Positions 1 through 13,013 of a stretch of DNA of 64,000 nt are shown here, piece after piece. Location of the stretch: NCBI GenBank assembly GCA_951406725.2, contig OX597836.1:50468001-50532000 (forward strand). Direction: 5' to 3'. The stretch is from Octopus vulgaris (lineage: Eukaryota). The notes beneath the pieces are model-generated. The model had not been told where the DNA came from, ran no database searches, and worked only from the letters and a program-made list of their open reading frames with translations. Made by a program: the position numbers and the translations under genes. The stretch's first letter is position 1. Every line of letters starts with the position of its first letter.

Positions 1-412
1 ACCTTTCAGACAGTTTTCTGGCATAAAAAAGTTACTTCCCTGTTGGGCTGCAGTCATTGAAAACCATGGAGATTACATTCGTTCTCATATGCTTTCTGGT
101 GAAAGACAATAACTTTGTGAACACCCTAATAGCTGTGATTGACATTACTCATATGAAGGTGATGTCAAGACAAGGGCACACAATGATGAAGGTCTTTCAA
201 TTTCCATCAACCAAATTCACTCACGAAGGGTCAGCCCTAGATTATAGCAGACAACACTTACTTGCTCAAAATGCCATACATCAGGATTGAACCAGAAACC
301 ATGTATTTGGGAAGCAAACTATACAATCAAACCAACACCTATATTACATACACATCCAATATATAAAATTGAGACAGTATTAAATTAAAATAGTAATCTT
401 TAGGTCATGTTT

Positions 413-902
413 AATGTATATATATCATTGAAAGGCAAATTGCTGCAGTAATTGCTTGAGATAACATCTCATATGGACAGTGTTTCTAAACTATATCACG
501 AGATGAAAAATATCCTAGTCATGGCCAGCAAGAATGCCAGATGCATTTCAGTGCTGTCAATGACACTTTCACAACCAGCCATATGCCTAGATGTTGCCTC
601 TGATAAAGGCAAACAGTGAATAAATGTTCACTGACAATAAAAACTTGCTATACGTAATAGAAGCAGTATCAAATTAAAATAGCCTACTTTGTGTCAATGT
701 ATATACATCACTGAAAGGCAAGTTTACTGCAGTATTTGTCCAGAAATAACATCTCATATGGAAGTACTGTGTTAAAAAAACAAATATTGCCCCAGCAGTG
801 GCTAACAAGAACATCAGATGCATTTCAGCACTGTTGGGCCCTGTCACTTGCCTCCAATACATAGGAAAACAGTGAATAAACATTCACTGATATTGCAAAT
901 AG
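413..902. repeat. Diverged tandem duplication, period ~283 bp
   Basis: AATGTATATAxATCAxTGAAAGGCAA, ATAACATCTCATATGGA, CAGATGCATTTCAG and AAACAGTGAATAAA each occur twice in the same order. Confidence 0.8.
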
Positions 903-941
903 TTGCCAGGCTGAATAAAAATCCGTCACATGCAATTGAAG

Positions 942-1119
942 CATCATCATCATCATCGTTTAACTTCTGCTTTCCATGCTGGGCATGGGTTGGACGGTTT
1001 GACCGAGAACTGGTGAACCAGATGGTTGCACCAGGCTCCAATCTGATCTGGCAGAGTTTCTACAGCTGGATGCACTTCCTAATGCCAACCACTCCAAGAG
1101 TGTAGTGGGTGCTTTTTAT
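942..1119 (-). mobile_element. RTE-tail repeat fragment
   Basis: (CAT)n-CGTTTAAC...TTTCCATGCT...GGGTTGGACGG...TTTCTACAGCTGGATGC motif shared with the other copies. Confidence 0.78.
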
Positions 1120-2594
1120 TTATTCACATCATTTAAAATTAATCCTGCATCAACTTGTAGCTTCAAGATTTCAATGACACGATATTATTTTTGGAATGAC
1201 ATTGTGAGAGCCCAGTGGTAGCCAGTGTGAACATAAAAATAGGTAGAATATTTGGGCCGGACATGGCCTGGTTAAATGCTAAAGAGTTGGCAGAAACATT
1301 AGTGTTTCAGATAAAATGCTTCATAGCATTTGCTTCTGGCTCTTTACATTCTAAAATGGCCATCTCAGCACCAAACTTTTATACACCATAATTTAATGGC
1401 AGTTTTCCATGCTAGCACAAGTTGGACACACACACACACATTTTGTTCTGGTCATTTGCTATGCTGGGGCATCAGTCAAGCAAAGTGACCCCAGTACTTA
1501 TTTTCTTGGCCATTTGCCAAACAACCAACTTACAAGGAAATAAACAAACCAACATCAGATTGTGAATCAGCAGAGGACAAAGTCACATGTGTGTGTGTTT
1601 TTCTATTCTAGTCTCTGCATACCAAATTCACTCACAAAGCATTAGTTGGCCCAATGCTATTTCACAAATTAAAAAATTCATTTGGTCATCACTGAGACTA
1701 AGGATTCTGACATCATCACCAGCAAGATAAAACACAAAAACATTGGGGAAAGGATTTTTAAGAAGAAAACCAAAATAATTGCTTAGACAAATGACCAGAC
1801 AGAGAGAAGGGACTCTTGAAAAGTTTCATACAACACCAATAAAACAACCGGTCATCAGCTTTTCAATTTCACAAAACTTCGATGAAGAGCAAGCATGGCA
1901 GAATTGTTAGCCTGGTCATTTGCAAGGACAACTTGCTGACCTGTACTGGGTTATCACTAATTACTTTAGGTGCCTTTGCAATTGTGACAAACAAGGCCCA
2001 GTCCTTGTGTGGTGACTTGTGGGCTCTCAATTGCTCCCAAGAGCCAACAGAGGACAAGCTCTTGGTAGTGCCACAGATGCTGGACAGGTCAAAAGAACAG
2101 TAATTATGCACCACCTCTTCCCAGGGGTAAAAATAGGTTTGCATAATGGCCAATACACATAACTAGAAACAACAAAAAGCAAATTCCCAGATACATTGAT
2201 GACAATTCAAAACCACCAAGACCTGGGAGAGGAAAAAATAGCTGAGAATCAAGAAGTGGAGAAAAGTCATTGATGTCCAACACTCCATAGGGAACAAAGA
2301 GGAATGTAGTTGTGATGAGAGACTTTGTCAGTGCTGCCACCCTTGAACATTGGCAATGGGACAGCTGGAAGAAGAGCGGTTACATCAGCAAGTGGATGGT
2401 AGCCGTTTGCAGTTGAGTAAACTGGAGCAACAGGACATGAAATTATGAGGTTCGCTTGGTACCAAAAATGTTTGCCAGGGTCAGTATTTGAACCCATGAG
2501 CTTATGATTGAGCCAAACATCCTAACCAGTTGGCCATCCACCTACAAGTGAAGTTGAACAAATCACTAACAAACATTATATATATGATAGAGCA

Positions 2595-2655
2595 AGAGAG
2601 AGAGAGAGAGATAGAGAGTGAGAGAGAGAGATAGAGAGTAAGAGAGAGAGAGAGA
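2595..2655. repeat. (AG)n microsatellite
   Basis: Direct reading. Confidence 0.95.
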
Positions 2656-3639
2656 ATGTGTGAATACATGAATATGTAACGTAAGGCTGTAAATTGGTAG
2701 AACTGTTAGTCAGGCGGAATTACAATAATTCCAGATTTGGAACGACCAGGCAACGGGGGAAAACTTTTACATCTAATTGATAAGATGAAGTTTTGTTAAA
2801 AATAGATTTTTTTTTTTTTAAATTTTAAAAACAAAGGCAGGTAATTTGTAGAGTGAAGAAATTGTGTTAATTATAGAATTTTCATGAGTACATACAAATA
2901 CACCACAAGAAACCCATCAGGGATCTGTTCACAAAATTTACACATCATTCTAATATTCACTCGTCCATGGGTCAGACAATTTGAGGGAGTTTTCATACAG
3001 TTGGATGCCTCGCCCAATATTTTACCATCTTCAAACATGAACTGTACAATTGGTTGGACAATTTTAAGGAAAGATTGCAAACAAACACTGCTCTTATGAC
3101 AGTGGCATTTGTTTATGACCATCATAGGATGTCACTGGAATTTCGTTATAGTCAACAACAGGGAATTGAAACTTAGAAGTACTTTCAGCAACCAACATAA
3201 TTAGGGTTAGTAACAAGAAGAGCATCTGGCCATTGAAAATCTTTCATAATTCCATCTGACCAATGCAGACGTTAAAATGAAGATCTGTATTTGGTCATCA
3301 TCTGGTCAAGCTTGCCATTCATCTCAGTCCAGTATTAAAAGGGGAGGTCTTTAAGGAAGCATCCAGTGTCTCAGGTGAATTGATCTCCATACACTGTGTT
3401 CAGAAGACCTGCTTGAATACAATCATGCTTTGACATCCATAGCAGTAGTTCAACAGCCAGGTCTTGTTTCTTAACCCCTATCCTGACGGAAGCAGGCAGA
3501 AGATCTCCAAACAGCTGTTTCTAGGTGGGATAAGTTCTCCAAACTATGTCTAAGACATTTGGGTCTTTGGAAATTGCCTAGGCTGTTCCATACAAAAGGA
3601 CCGTGTTGCATGGAAAAAAATCTTACACTTTAGGTTGTT

Positions 3640-4020
3640 GATTTCCAGACAATATCCAGTTTGTTTAGGGCCAACCAGGCATTGCTGCTGAAATACGTAA
3701 TTCGCTCCTACTCTACAAGATACAATCAGTAATTGAGAAAATTTTGAGAAGGAATCAAAATGGCTTCAATAAAAAAACAGATCAACTATTGGACAAATAT
3801 TTAGTGTTCATTGTTTACTGGAAAAAGGAAAAGTTAGAAATCTTGAAGCAGTTTGTTGATTTCTGAAAGGCTTTTCACTGTCCACCATGGCAAAATGGGA
3901 GGAATACTTTTGGCCAAGGGTATGCCTCAGAAAATAACACCACCAAATCAATGGTGAGGTCGTCAGAGATACAAGTTTGACCTCAAAGACACGGTACTCC
4001 AGGAGGAAACACTGACACAC
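3640..4020 (+). mobile_element. Highly degenerate LINE RT relic
   Basis: Broken frames give ILRRNQNGF and RSTIGQIFSVHCLLEK, the same RT segment as near 37000. Confidence 0.5.
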
Positions 4021-5468
4021 CTTTTTGAGATCAATCAGAATTATGTCCTCAGAACACTCGCGAAAAGACCTCCAATATCTGATTGGCCAGCAGGACCATT
4101 GGATTTAAAAGTCGAGAGGCAGCCATTGGATATGGTTGAAAAAGAATAGAAAGGCAGGCCTGCATCCCTCCATAATTTGAATAATGCTGATGATCTTGAG
4201 ATGAAGGACAATCACTATTAATCACTTGTTCCAGTAAGAAGGTGCTCTGTGAAACAATCAAGAGGAGGCTCTTGAAATAGAGTGTATCCTCAGCTGGTGA
4301 CCCCTGAAACCCAGGAACATCTGGCAGCACTTTTAGAAAGAAGCTGCTTACAAGTCTGTTTCAGTTATGTTTCAGATAACCCCAAAGACTTCCTAGAAGA
4401 AATACCTGGTCTACAAACTGATATCCTTCAAAATGTTACTGAAAGAGCAAAAATTTCAAATTGAATTGGCAAGAAACTTTGGTTAAAAAAGCAGTTTCCC
4501 AGATTTTATATTTCATGACTGCTGCCCCAACAACTCCCAACCTCCCCACACAACTGATAAATTATAATAACTACTCGTTGCATATATAACACAATTTGCA
4601 ATTTTAGTGGTTTAATTAGTTGTATAAGAATATAAAACTTAATTGGTTCACAAATGGAAGTCCTTAATTAGATTTATTAATGCATATCTGCACCCATAAC
4701 TATGTCTGCCTTTAATTAGGGAAGCTACTTCAAAACCCCATTATGACACATGTCACTGAATTTTTGGAAGGTCAATAATTGTAGGTGTGTTGGTGGTTTA
4801 GTGGACAAGGGCAAATGGTTTGGATAAATTTGGATTTGATTTATGATCATGTACAATATTTGGACACTGTACCAATCAAACTCACTGTAGGACTAAATAG
4901 ATACACCAATGATAAAGTTAGTAGAGAAATAATTTGTAAGAGGTATTTCTTGTTACTAACGAACAAGTGAAGCCATCAAGTGGTCCCTCAATGTACAAGA
5001 AATCACAGCTTACTGCCTTAAGAATGCTACCATATATTTATAACATTCATTTTGATTTTTTATTCTTCAGACATTGGATAGAGGTGAACACCTTTGATCA
5101 CAGATTTTTACCTGGGAATAATAATAAAAAAAAAATAAATAAAATAAAATAAACCGTATGATAATCATGTTGAATTGCATCAGCCGATCTAAACTAAAAT
5201 TTTAGAAGGGTTAAAAAGTTTTGCAAAAAAGAATGTACATTTATTATCTAAAGAATCATTTAAAAAAATCCTGCAAGAAAATGGGTTTGTTGGATTGTAA
5301 TGACAAAGACATGATTGTGAATTGGGATCTCACTTTTGAAATTGTTTCAGAAGGGGTTGGGGAAAAAATGTGTTGTGTAAAAAGGAGAGATACTGTCTGA
5401 CATGACAAGAGTCAATGTTCTTGCCCCTTGGGAAGGAAGAATAATAAAATACAAGAGATGAGGATTCA

Positions 5469-5528
5469 CTAAGCTGTAGAAGATGTACTAGTGGCTCCAG
5501 GCTTCTTTGACTCTTCTGTAGCAGGTTC
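5469..5528 (-). CDS. NASP: NASP terminal coding exon 16 (EPATEESKKPGATSTSSTA*)
   Basis: Strong polypyrimidine tract plus AAG acceptor. Phase 0 matches exon 15. TAG stop, then AT-rich 3'UTR with AATAAA (minus strand) at 5245-5240 and 4678-4673. Confidence 0.72.
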   Translation of the reverse strand, partial: EPATEESKKPGATSTSSTA

Positions 5529-8153
5529 CTTAAAGAGAGAGAAAAAAAAAGGAAAAAATTTATGCAATAAAACAAAGAAATAGTAAGGTTTCACTATATT
5601 TGGAATTTACTGTATTTCATGGCATCAAAGATGCATTCCAATTTCATTATATTCAAGAAAAAAAAAAAAAGAAGTTTTTTGTGCATTAAAGCTCACGGGA
5701 TGTCTGACCCTGCATACTGGAGGAGCTGGGGGTGATATTTTGAGGCATTATTTTGGGGGAGAAAGTGCAGCATATTTGGTATGGAATATGGTGATAGATG
5801 AAGAGACTTATTATAATGAAGCTTTGTTTTTGTTGTTTTAAAAGCAGACTGACCTAAAGATTGGGTGATAGTTGTTGCTTAGCAACAATCCGCACAATTT
5901 TATTTTTTTTAGCATCTACAAAAACAGTGTTGAATGTCTTTTGTTTTTAAAAAGGTCGTTGCACGAGGGAGATCTGGTTGATGTTCTTTGTTGGTCTGTA
6001 GGTGATTATGGACATTCAACCCAGTTGATCGTTATTCAGGTCCTTAATGACCAATTCATTAAATTGCCTGCCGTTGGTTGGTTTTATTCCGGTCACTGCT
6101 TTCCCTTATTACTGTTGCTGTAGCAGGAGGATGGTGGTTTGCTTGCTTTTTTTGTGCCTCAAAAGATTTACAGTAATTGAAAGGGACCTGAAGGTTGTAG
6201 AAATGAATTCAAAGCCACAGTCTTCAACAATGCAAATAACAAATGTTAAAACTCAAATTGCTATGTGCACAGGGAACAGCAAGAATCAGAACATTTGACT
6301 CCCAGATTCCTTCTGAATACATCCCGCCAAATCCAAACATAATTCAAGAACTTCTTTCAGATAAATGTGTGGCAAGAGGCTTGCTTCACAACCACAGGGT
6401 TCTAAGTTCAGTCCCACACATGGCATCTTGAAAAAGGTGTCTTCTACAGCCTTGGGTCAATCAAAGCCTTGTGAGTAGATTTGGCAGATGGAAACTGAAA
6501 GAAGCCTGCTATGTGTCTGATCAGTGCTTGAGAACCAGTGTTGGTGCGTTTGTGTTCCTATAGCTCAGTTTGGCAAAACAGACCGAAACAATAAGTACCA
6601 GGATGAAAAATAAATAAGTCCTGGGGTCAATTCACTTCAAGATGGTGTCCCAGTATGGCCACAACCTAAGGAGTAAAACAAGTAGAAGATAATAGCCACA
6701 CTTCATTCATTCCTGTTTGGGTCTGTCAGAATTCTGCAGAGTCTGAAGAAAGAATATGCAAGTCACTGTAAAGTGATTCTCACAAAACGTCCATTGTGGA
6801 AGACATTCACAAGATAATAGTTGAAATGTCGTAGAGAAGAGATTCTATGAAGACCAGTGCCAGAGAGCAGCAGGAATTACATGACCAGAGCACAGAGTCA
6901 TTTCTAACAACTCACATCAATATCAAAAGGTCTTCATTGAAGGAACTCTAAGGAATGAGATGTAAAATGGTGAACCTTGTCTTGAACAGTACAGTGATTG
7001 TTTTAATAGAATACCAGATGACAGGAAGACTGCAGTATTGATTATGCAAGCCATTAGATCGGTACCCTAATGGCTGTTAGTGGACATTGTTAGAGAGATT
7101 AGAGTTTTAAAAAAAAATACACAGGTAAAATAAAAGTTGTTAAAAAGAAACTGAAGTTAATTGTGAGGTGAGTTATGGTGGTTAAACAAAGCAAAACATT
7201 TGTTCTAAGAATTTAGAAAGTTTGAGCAACACGGAAGAAAGCATTTTTGACAATGGAACTTGAAGTGACAAAGCTATAACTAACAGTATGCAGAATTTCT
7301 GGTAAGAAAAACTATTCATAGGGAGAAGAGAAGGGCTGCTTGCAAGAGCCAAAGCCAAGTCTTCTGTAAAGCATGACAGATGTTCTAACATTGTTTAGAG
7401 GATGAGCCTTCAATATTTTCCATCCACAGGTTTGTTCAACCCAATATCTACTTCAAGTTCCATTCTTAAAAGTGATTCAACAAAATTTGTTTCAGTGTTT
7501 CCATTAAAAATCCAATGTGATTGGTGTGGGGTGGGGTCGGGAGGAGACAGAACGCATTTCCAATATTTGAGAATTATGACTGCAATTTGGTGCTTAAGTT
7601 TCAAATACTTTATTTTAGACTAAACCACCACAAAATTCAATAATTAATGCAAAAAGAGAGATAGGGTGCATGGAGAAAATGGTTTTAATTAGAAGGGGTT
7701 AAAACATTTAAGAATATACTGAAAGCTAAGGATAAAGTCTATTTTAGTAATGACACACACACTTGTAATCTAGTTATGAGGACCAGCACTCGACTGAAGA
7801 TGAAGATACAGACATTTGGGTGCCATGACCAACAGACCAAAGCAGAGTGCCAGAAAAGTAAGCCCCACCGCCATTACAAAACTAGGAAGAGGAGATGAGT
7901 GAATGGAAAATAGGGAAAAAAAAAAAAAAAAGAACAAAAAAACTATGAAGCCACTGCACAACATAACACACCAGATATACTCCAACACCAGAGATGAGTA
8001 TGAAAAAGATGTAGGGAGGTGAAAAGAAAAAAATGAAAATGGTCAAAATAAAGAAAAGCTGGCATTGGATATAAAAATATAAAAGCAAAAGCTACAGCAA
8101 TGACGACAACAACAACAACATCAATAAGAGGTTTGTCTCAAGTTGGTCTCTAC

Positions 8154-8288
8154 CTTATTGCTTGGGGCAAGGTCACTGTTGGAATCTTTCTGTTCAGCTT
8201 TTGATGATGATGATGACGATGTGTTATCAACCGAACTTTCAGTTTTCTGTTTTTTGTCCTCTGAGCTCTCTTCTGTTTCTGGTTTTCG
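8154..8288 (-). CDS. NASP: NASP exon 15 (RKPETEESSEDKKQKTE...APSNK); can read through to TGA at 8123-8121
   Basis: CAG acceptor continues RRK|RKPE. Internal donor AAG|GTAGAG, with the GT at 8153-8152. Confidence 0.85.
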
Positions 8289-9155
8289 CTGCCAACAGAG
8301 CAAGCCAGATGTTAAGGTAACCCAGCTAAGCTAACTAAAGAAACACCAACTAACTTAGCAGAAAGGAAAAAAAAAAAGGGGGGGGGGGAGATAAGTAGTC
8401 TGGAGGATGTGGTTCGATGCAAAGAGGGGACAGGTTTGTATTTTATTAGGAGAGAAAGAAAGAGTAAACTTTGCAACCAGATGCCTAGCCCTTGGGACAA
8501 ATAACCATTTAATTGAGAAAAGTGGTTTGCAATACAAAATTCTATCAGTCAAGAAGTGGGGTACACTGATCAAGGGACAAGACAAAGCAACAGAATAACC
8601 TCACAACTATTGGCTCTTATTAATAAATTGTTATACTTAAAATTTAAAAAAACTGCCCTGCTAAGTCTGGAGAAATAATGTAAGTCGACAGACCTGAGAT
8701 ATTATTCTGAGACAAAAACCATCCATGTGCCGTTGCATGCAGCAAATACCAAAGGCTCTGCGACTGGTGAGGAAGTCCCACCGTACAGTGCTACCCGGTT
8801 CAAAATAGTTACATTTCCCTCAAATCACACCCTACAGGTTAAAAGTAAAAGAAGTGTGGAAATAAGGATAGACTAAAAAATATAGAAAAGTCACAACTGG
8901 AAAAGCTGCCATCATGAACCTCCTCAAACAAACCACAAACCATTTTAAGTGGGAAAAAAAAAAAAAATTCCTGGGATTTGAGGAAGGAAAAGGGGATACG
9001 ACAAAACTAAAATAGCAGTATAAACTATCCTCTTCAAGTCATGACCTCCCCATCAACACACAATCCATATTATAATCACAACTGTTCAATGACTACTCCA
9101 GTATTTGAGTACTATTTCTTCCCCACCTTGTTTCGCAATTATGTGCTTACTCTGG

Positions 9156-9199
<44 letters not shown>

Positions 9200-9957
9200 A
9201 ACTGACCTACAAATCTTCTGATCAAACTATCAGAAATGTAACCCCCCCCCCAATCATTACACAATAGTTTAAGATTTGGTTTGAATTAGATGTAAATCTT
9301 AGTTTATAAAATTAACCTTTTTGTTAAATTAGTATATTTTTTACTTAAGAATTTAGGAAAATAACTTGCAATTTATTTGGCAGAAAAATGTAAATTTTTT
9401 TTTTTTGAAAAACACCATGAAAATTTCATCACTTTAAAAGTGGCAAATTTTGAGAAATAAGGGGCAATTGATATATCATTTGGTATTTCAATCCAATTGA
9501 AACAAATAGAAGCAAGAGTCCCTATAATGGAAATTCTTATTAGATGCAAAAGAGGAGGAGGAGGAGGGGGTAATAAATTCTCAGCGGTGGTGCCCCAGCA
9601 TGGCCACGGCTTTCGGGCTAAAACATTTTTAAGGATTTAAGGGTCGCAGTATTTGACTGATACCGATTTAACAACCCCACAGAGGTGAAGGTTGACTTAG
9701 GCAAAATCTAATATTCGGAACCTAGAGAAAAAGATGGAAATAAAAAGCAGAAGACATCCCTACCAATTCTGACATTTACCTGTTTCTTTAATAGAAACAT
9801 TTTGACTAATAATATTAATAACACTGAACCTGTTAGCCAACAACAAAATCTGTCCATAATATGGTTAGGAAGGTTTGATAATTAAATATGAAACAGTTGA
9901 GTATTAATTAACACCAAAAAGAAAAGAAAAGCAACAAAAGGAAACCAACCAACTTAC

Positions 9958-9999
9958 CTTTCTTCGTACAAGGTGAGATATATCTGTCGTTTTCACAGG
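9958..9999 (-). CDS. NASP: NASP exon 14 (PVKTTDISHLVRRK)
   Basis: CAG and GTAAG boundaries. Contains the conserved NASP motif DISHLVRKKRK (NLS region). Confidence 0.93.
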
Positions 10000-10134
10000 C
10001 TGCAAATAAAAAAAACAAATTTTAGTTTAGAGATAATATTTTACATAGAAAAGCCATGAAAATAAAACAGATTTTTTCCCCTTTCTACCTACACATAAAA
10101 TTGACTTTTTTTTCTTTTCCAAACTGAAACTTAC

Positions 10135-10296
10135 CTGTGAAGAAGATTTGGGGTCTACAGGGAGGATACTGCTGAAGCCTGTTGTGCTCCCTAAAACGTC
10201 TCCACCAGCACCACCACTGCTGCCGCCGCTGCTGCTGCTGCTGCTGGGACCAGCAAAACCTGAAGAGCTACCAGCACCCATCAGAGAAGAAGACAT
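10135..10296 (-). CDS. NASP: NASP exon 13 (Ser/Gly-rich linker MSSSLMGAGSSSGFAG...DPKSSSQ)
   Basis: CAG and GTAAG boundaries, 162 nt, phase 0-0. Confidence 0.85.
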
Positions 10297-10485
10297 CTGT
10301 ATTAAAAAATAGAGTTAGAAAGTTTATATAAATTCCAAGATATGGTGGAAAGAAAATGCTTAACCCTTTGAAATACACTGCTTTTTTTTTGTTTAATTCT
10401 GTAAATAATGAGGAATTTAGTAAAATAACTTAAGCTGGTGTTTGGACAATTTAACATGAAAGGTTGATGGAAGGTTTGAAATTAA

Positions 10486-10525
<40 letters not shown>

Positions 10526-11208
10526 GATTGTTTTGACACTAAAACCATAGAAAACGGCCACTGCTTCTTTGAAACAACGTGGCCAATATTTGAATGGATT
10601 TTATAACAGCAACTACTAACATAACAGATTAGGTTTCCTGTTTATTTCATATTGCCCGTGTCTGTGGAACATATTTCTTTTGCAGTTTCTATTTCCATAA
10701 CCTGTAGCATTATCCAGTATGTGATGAGTGCAAGCAGAGCCGGTCCTTATATGCAACCCTTTTGATACCCACAAACTCCTGTTACTATGATACAAACTTA
10801 CTTTAAAACTTCCTATTTATGTTGCAAACACTGAACATTGATGCTATTTTATTAAATTCTTCACCATTCTCAAAATTTATTGAAACAAAATGGCAGTGTA
10901 TTCCAAAAATTTGGTAAGAAAAGGGTTCATATCAAAACTTGTTAAAGTAGTAAAACAAAGATTACAGAGGATAGAATACTGTGAATTGTCCACTCGGCGG
11001 CCAAACTGGGAGCAGTTTGGTCATTTAGGGCAACAGAGGAACCAATAAAGTCAAGAGTCAAACAACTCGAGCCTGTTACATCAGGATTGTATTTATTCCT
11101 TAAGAATACTTTACTCAGAAGACTTTGGCTAGATTTCACTTCAGGCTCTTAAAAATATTGCAAAGTATTAACTATGCTACACCACACTAGAATCACAAAC
11201 ATAGTTAC

Positions 11209-11286
11209 CATTTTTTCTGCAGCCTCTTTTTTAGCAAAAGCCTTCAAATCTGCAACCGTTTTCTTTTCTTCAATTGTATCTGTAAT
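11209..11286 (-). CDS. NASP: NASP exon 12 (ITDTIEEKKTVADLKAFAKKEAAEKM)
   Basis: TAG and GTAAC boundaries, 78 nt, phase 0-0. Confidence 0.85.
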
Positions 11287-12034
11287 CTAAACAACAAAAA
11301 TATCTCAATGTATGTACGATGAGTACACATGTAAACAATACTGTATCAGTATTATTCGTTTAAAAATAATCCACCATCCACATGTGTTAACACTTTCAGA
11401 ACTTTAAAATGTACAAATGTTTAAGTGAATACCTAACAAATTTTTTTATGGAACTGTTACGTAAGACATGACACCTTCACAAAAGGGCTTCATTGCAAAG
11501 AACACGATACAAAATAACTGAATTTGATTGAAAAGTCCAATAAATATCTTGAAGTTTATCAAGAGAAGGATAAAATAACACACACGTATATGATATATAT
11601 GGCAGGCTTCTTTCAGTTTCTGTTCACTAAATCCAATCAGGTTTTGGTTTGCTTGGGGCTAAATTGTATGCCACTTGCCCAAGGTGCCACACAGTGGGTC
11701 TGACCCAAAAGCCAAAAGTAGTTGCCATGGGATCTAAAAATTGAAAAAGGGAGTTTAATCCATTGGCTGGTTTAACCATCACCGACTTAAGTACAAAATG
11801 TGACAAGCTGATGGGTCAGGGGTCGTCTAGACTAGAAAAGGTTCCTTCCTTCAACCACTAGGGACTGAAAAATAAACCTTAAAAAGCATTTGACTACTTG
11901 TTGCCAAAGAACATCAATATTCTTGGATTTTTGGACTTACATTAGGTTTCAACTCACTACCTTACCTCTTCAAATATAAATTCCACTTACTACTGACCTG
12001 ACCTGGCCTAACACACACACACACAAATCCGTAC

Positions 12035-12117
12035 CTTTTGTGTGATATCTGGGACTATTTCTTCTAATTCTTTGATTTCTGTCCGAGCATTGTATACGGT
12101 TTCAACATCTGCAGTTT
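12035..12117 (-). CDS. NASP: NASP exon 11 (ETADVETVYNARTEIKELEEIVPDITQK)
   Basis: CAG and GTAC boundaries. Matches the NASP coiled-coil EIEELKELLPEIREK. Confidence 0.92.
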
Positions 12118-12971
12118 CTGAATAAATAAAAGTAAAAAAAAATTTTCAGTTAAAAACCAATTGTTTGATGAACAGAAGACTTGTTGGTTTATTTGGCTGA
12201 CACGACTGAGACAGAACTTTGATACCAGAAGAGTAACAAGATTACCGAGTCCATTAAAACACTATAAAGTTAACATTGTTTAACCCATGGTCAATTCTGA
12301 AATATTTTTTTCATGAAAGCTTTTCAAGGCAAAAGCATTTTGTTTTTTAAAAAAAGAGAGTGTATCTATGAAGTTACTCAAAGCAGTCCTCCTTTTTGAA
12401 GGTGTTATTTGAGGAAGATGTTTAGCTATTACTTTTAGCAAGCAATGAAATCACAGACACTCTTAATTTGGCACAAGACTAGCAATTTTGAAGGGAGAAG
12501 TCAGCCAGTTACATTGGCCACAGCAGCACTGGAATGGTATTTTATATCAGTGACTGCAGAGAGATGAAACACCACAAAGCATTTATTCTGATGCTCTACC
12601 GATTCTGTAGACATGTAGAATGAGACAATAGAATGGACATTACATGTGATGGGAGATACTGGGGGATATGGGGGTAGAAGTGTTGGTTTTATTGACCCAG
12701 TATTTTACTGGTACTTAACTGAATTTATTTAAGTTCTCCATTTCCATCACTTCATTACATTTCAGATGAGATACAAATTAACAAAGCAGTCTGTACCATT
12801 TCCACAGAAATTATTCTTTATAGGCACTTGGTAAGGTAGAATAAAGTGTTCTGCTTATACACTACAGTAACCAGTCAAGCATCTCATTCCTCCAGACATA
12901 CAGAGTTGGAAATCACAAAAGGAAACAACAACAACAACAACTAATGTAACTCAGCAAAAACAATGACTTAC

Positions 12972-13013
12972 CTGTGCTGTCTTTTAAATGTTCTATAGAT
13001 TTATTTAATTTAT
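12972..13013 (-). CDS. NASP: NASP exon 10 (DKLNKSIEHLKDST)
   Basis: CAG and GTAAG boundaries, 42 nt, phase 1-1, in frame. Confidence 0.8.

Noticed and set aside
8311-8318. CCTTAAC (U12-like branch point) before NASP exon 15
   Set aside because: The donor of this intron is GTAAGT (U2-type), so it is treated as an ordinary strong branch point.
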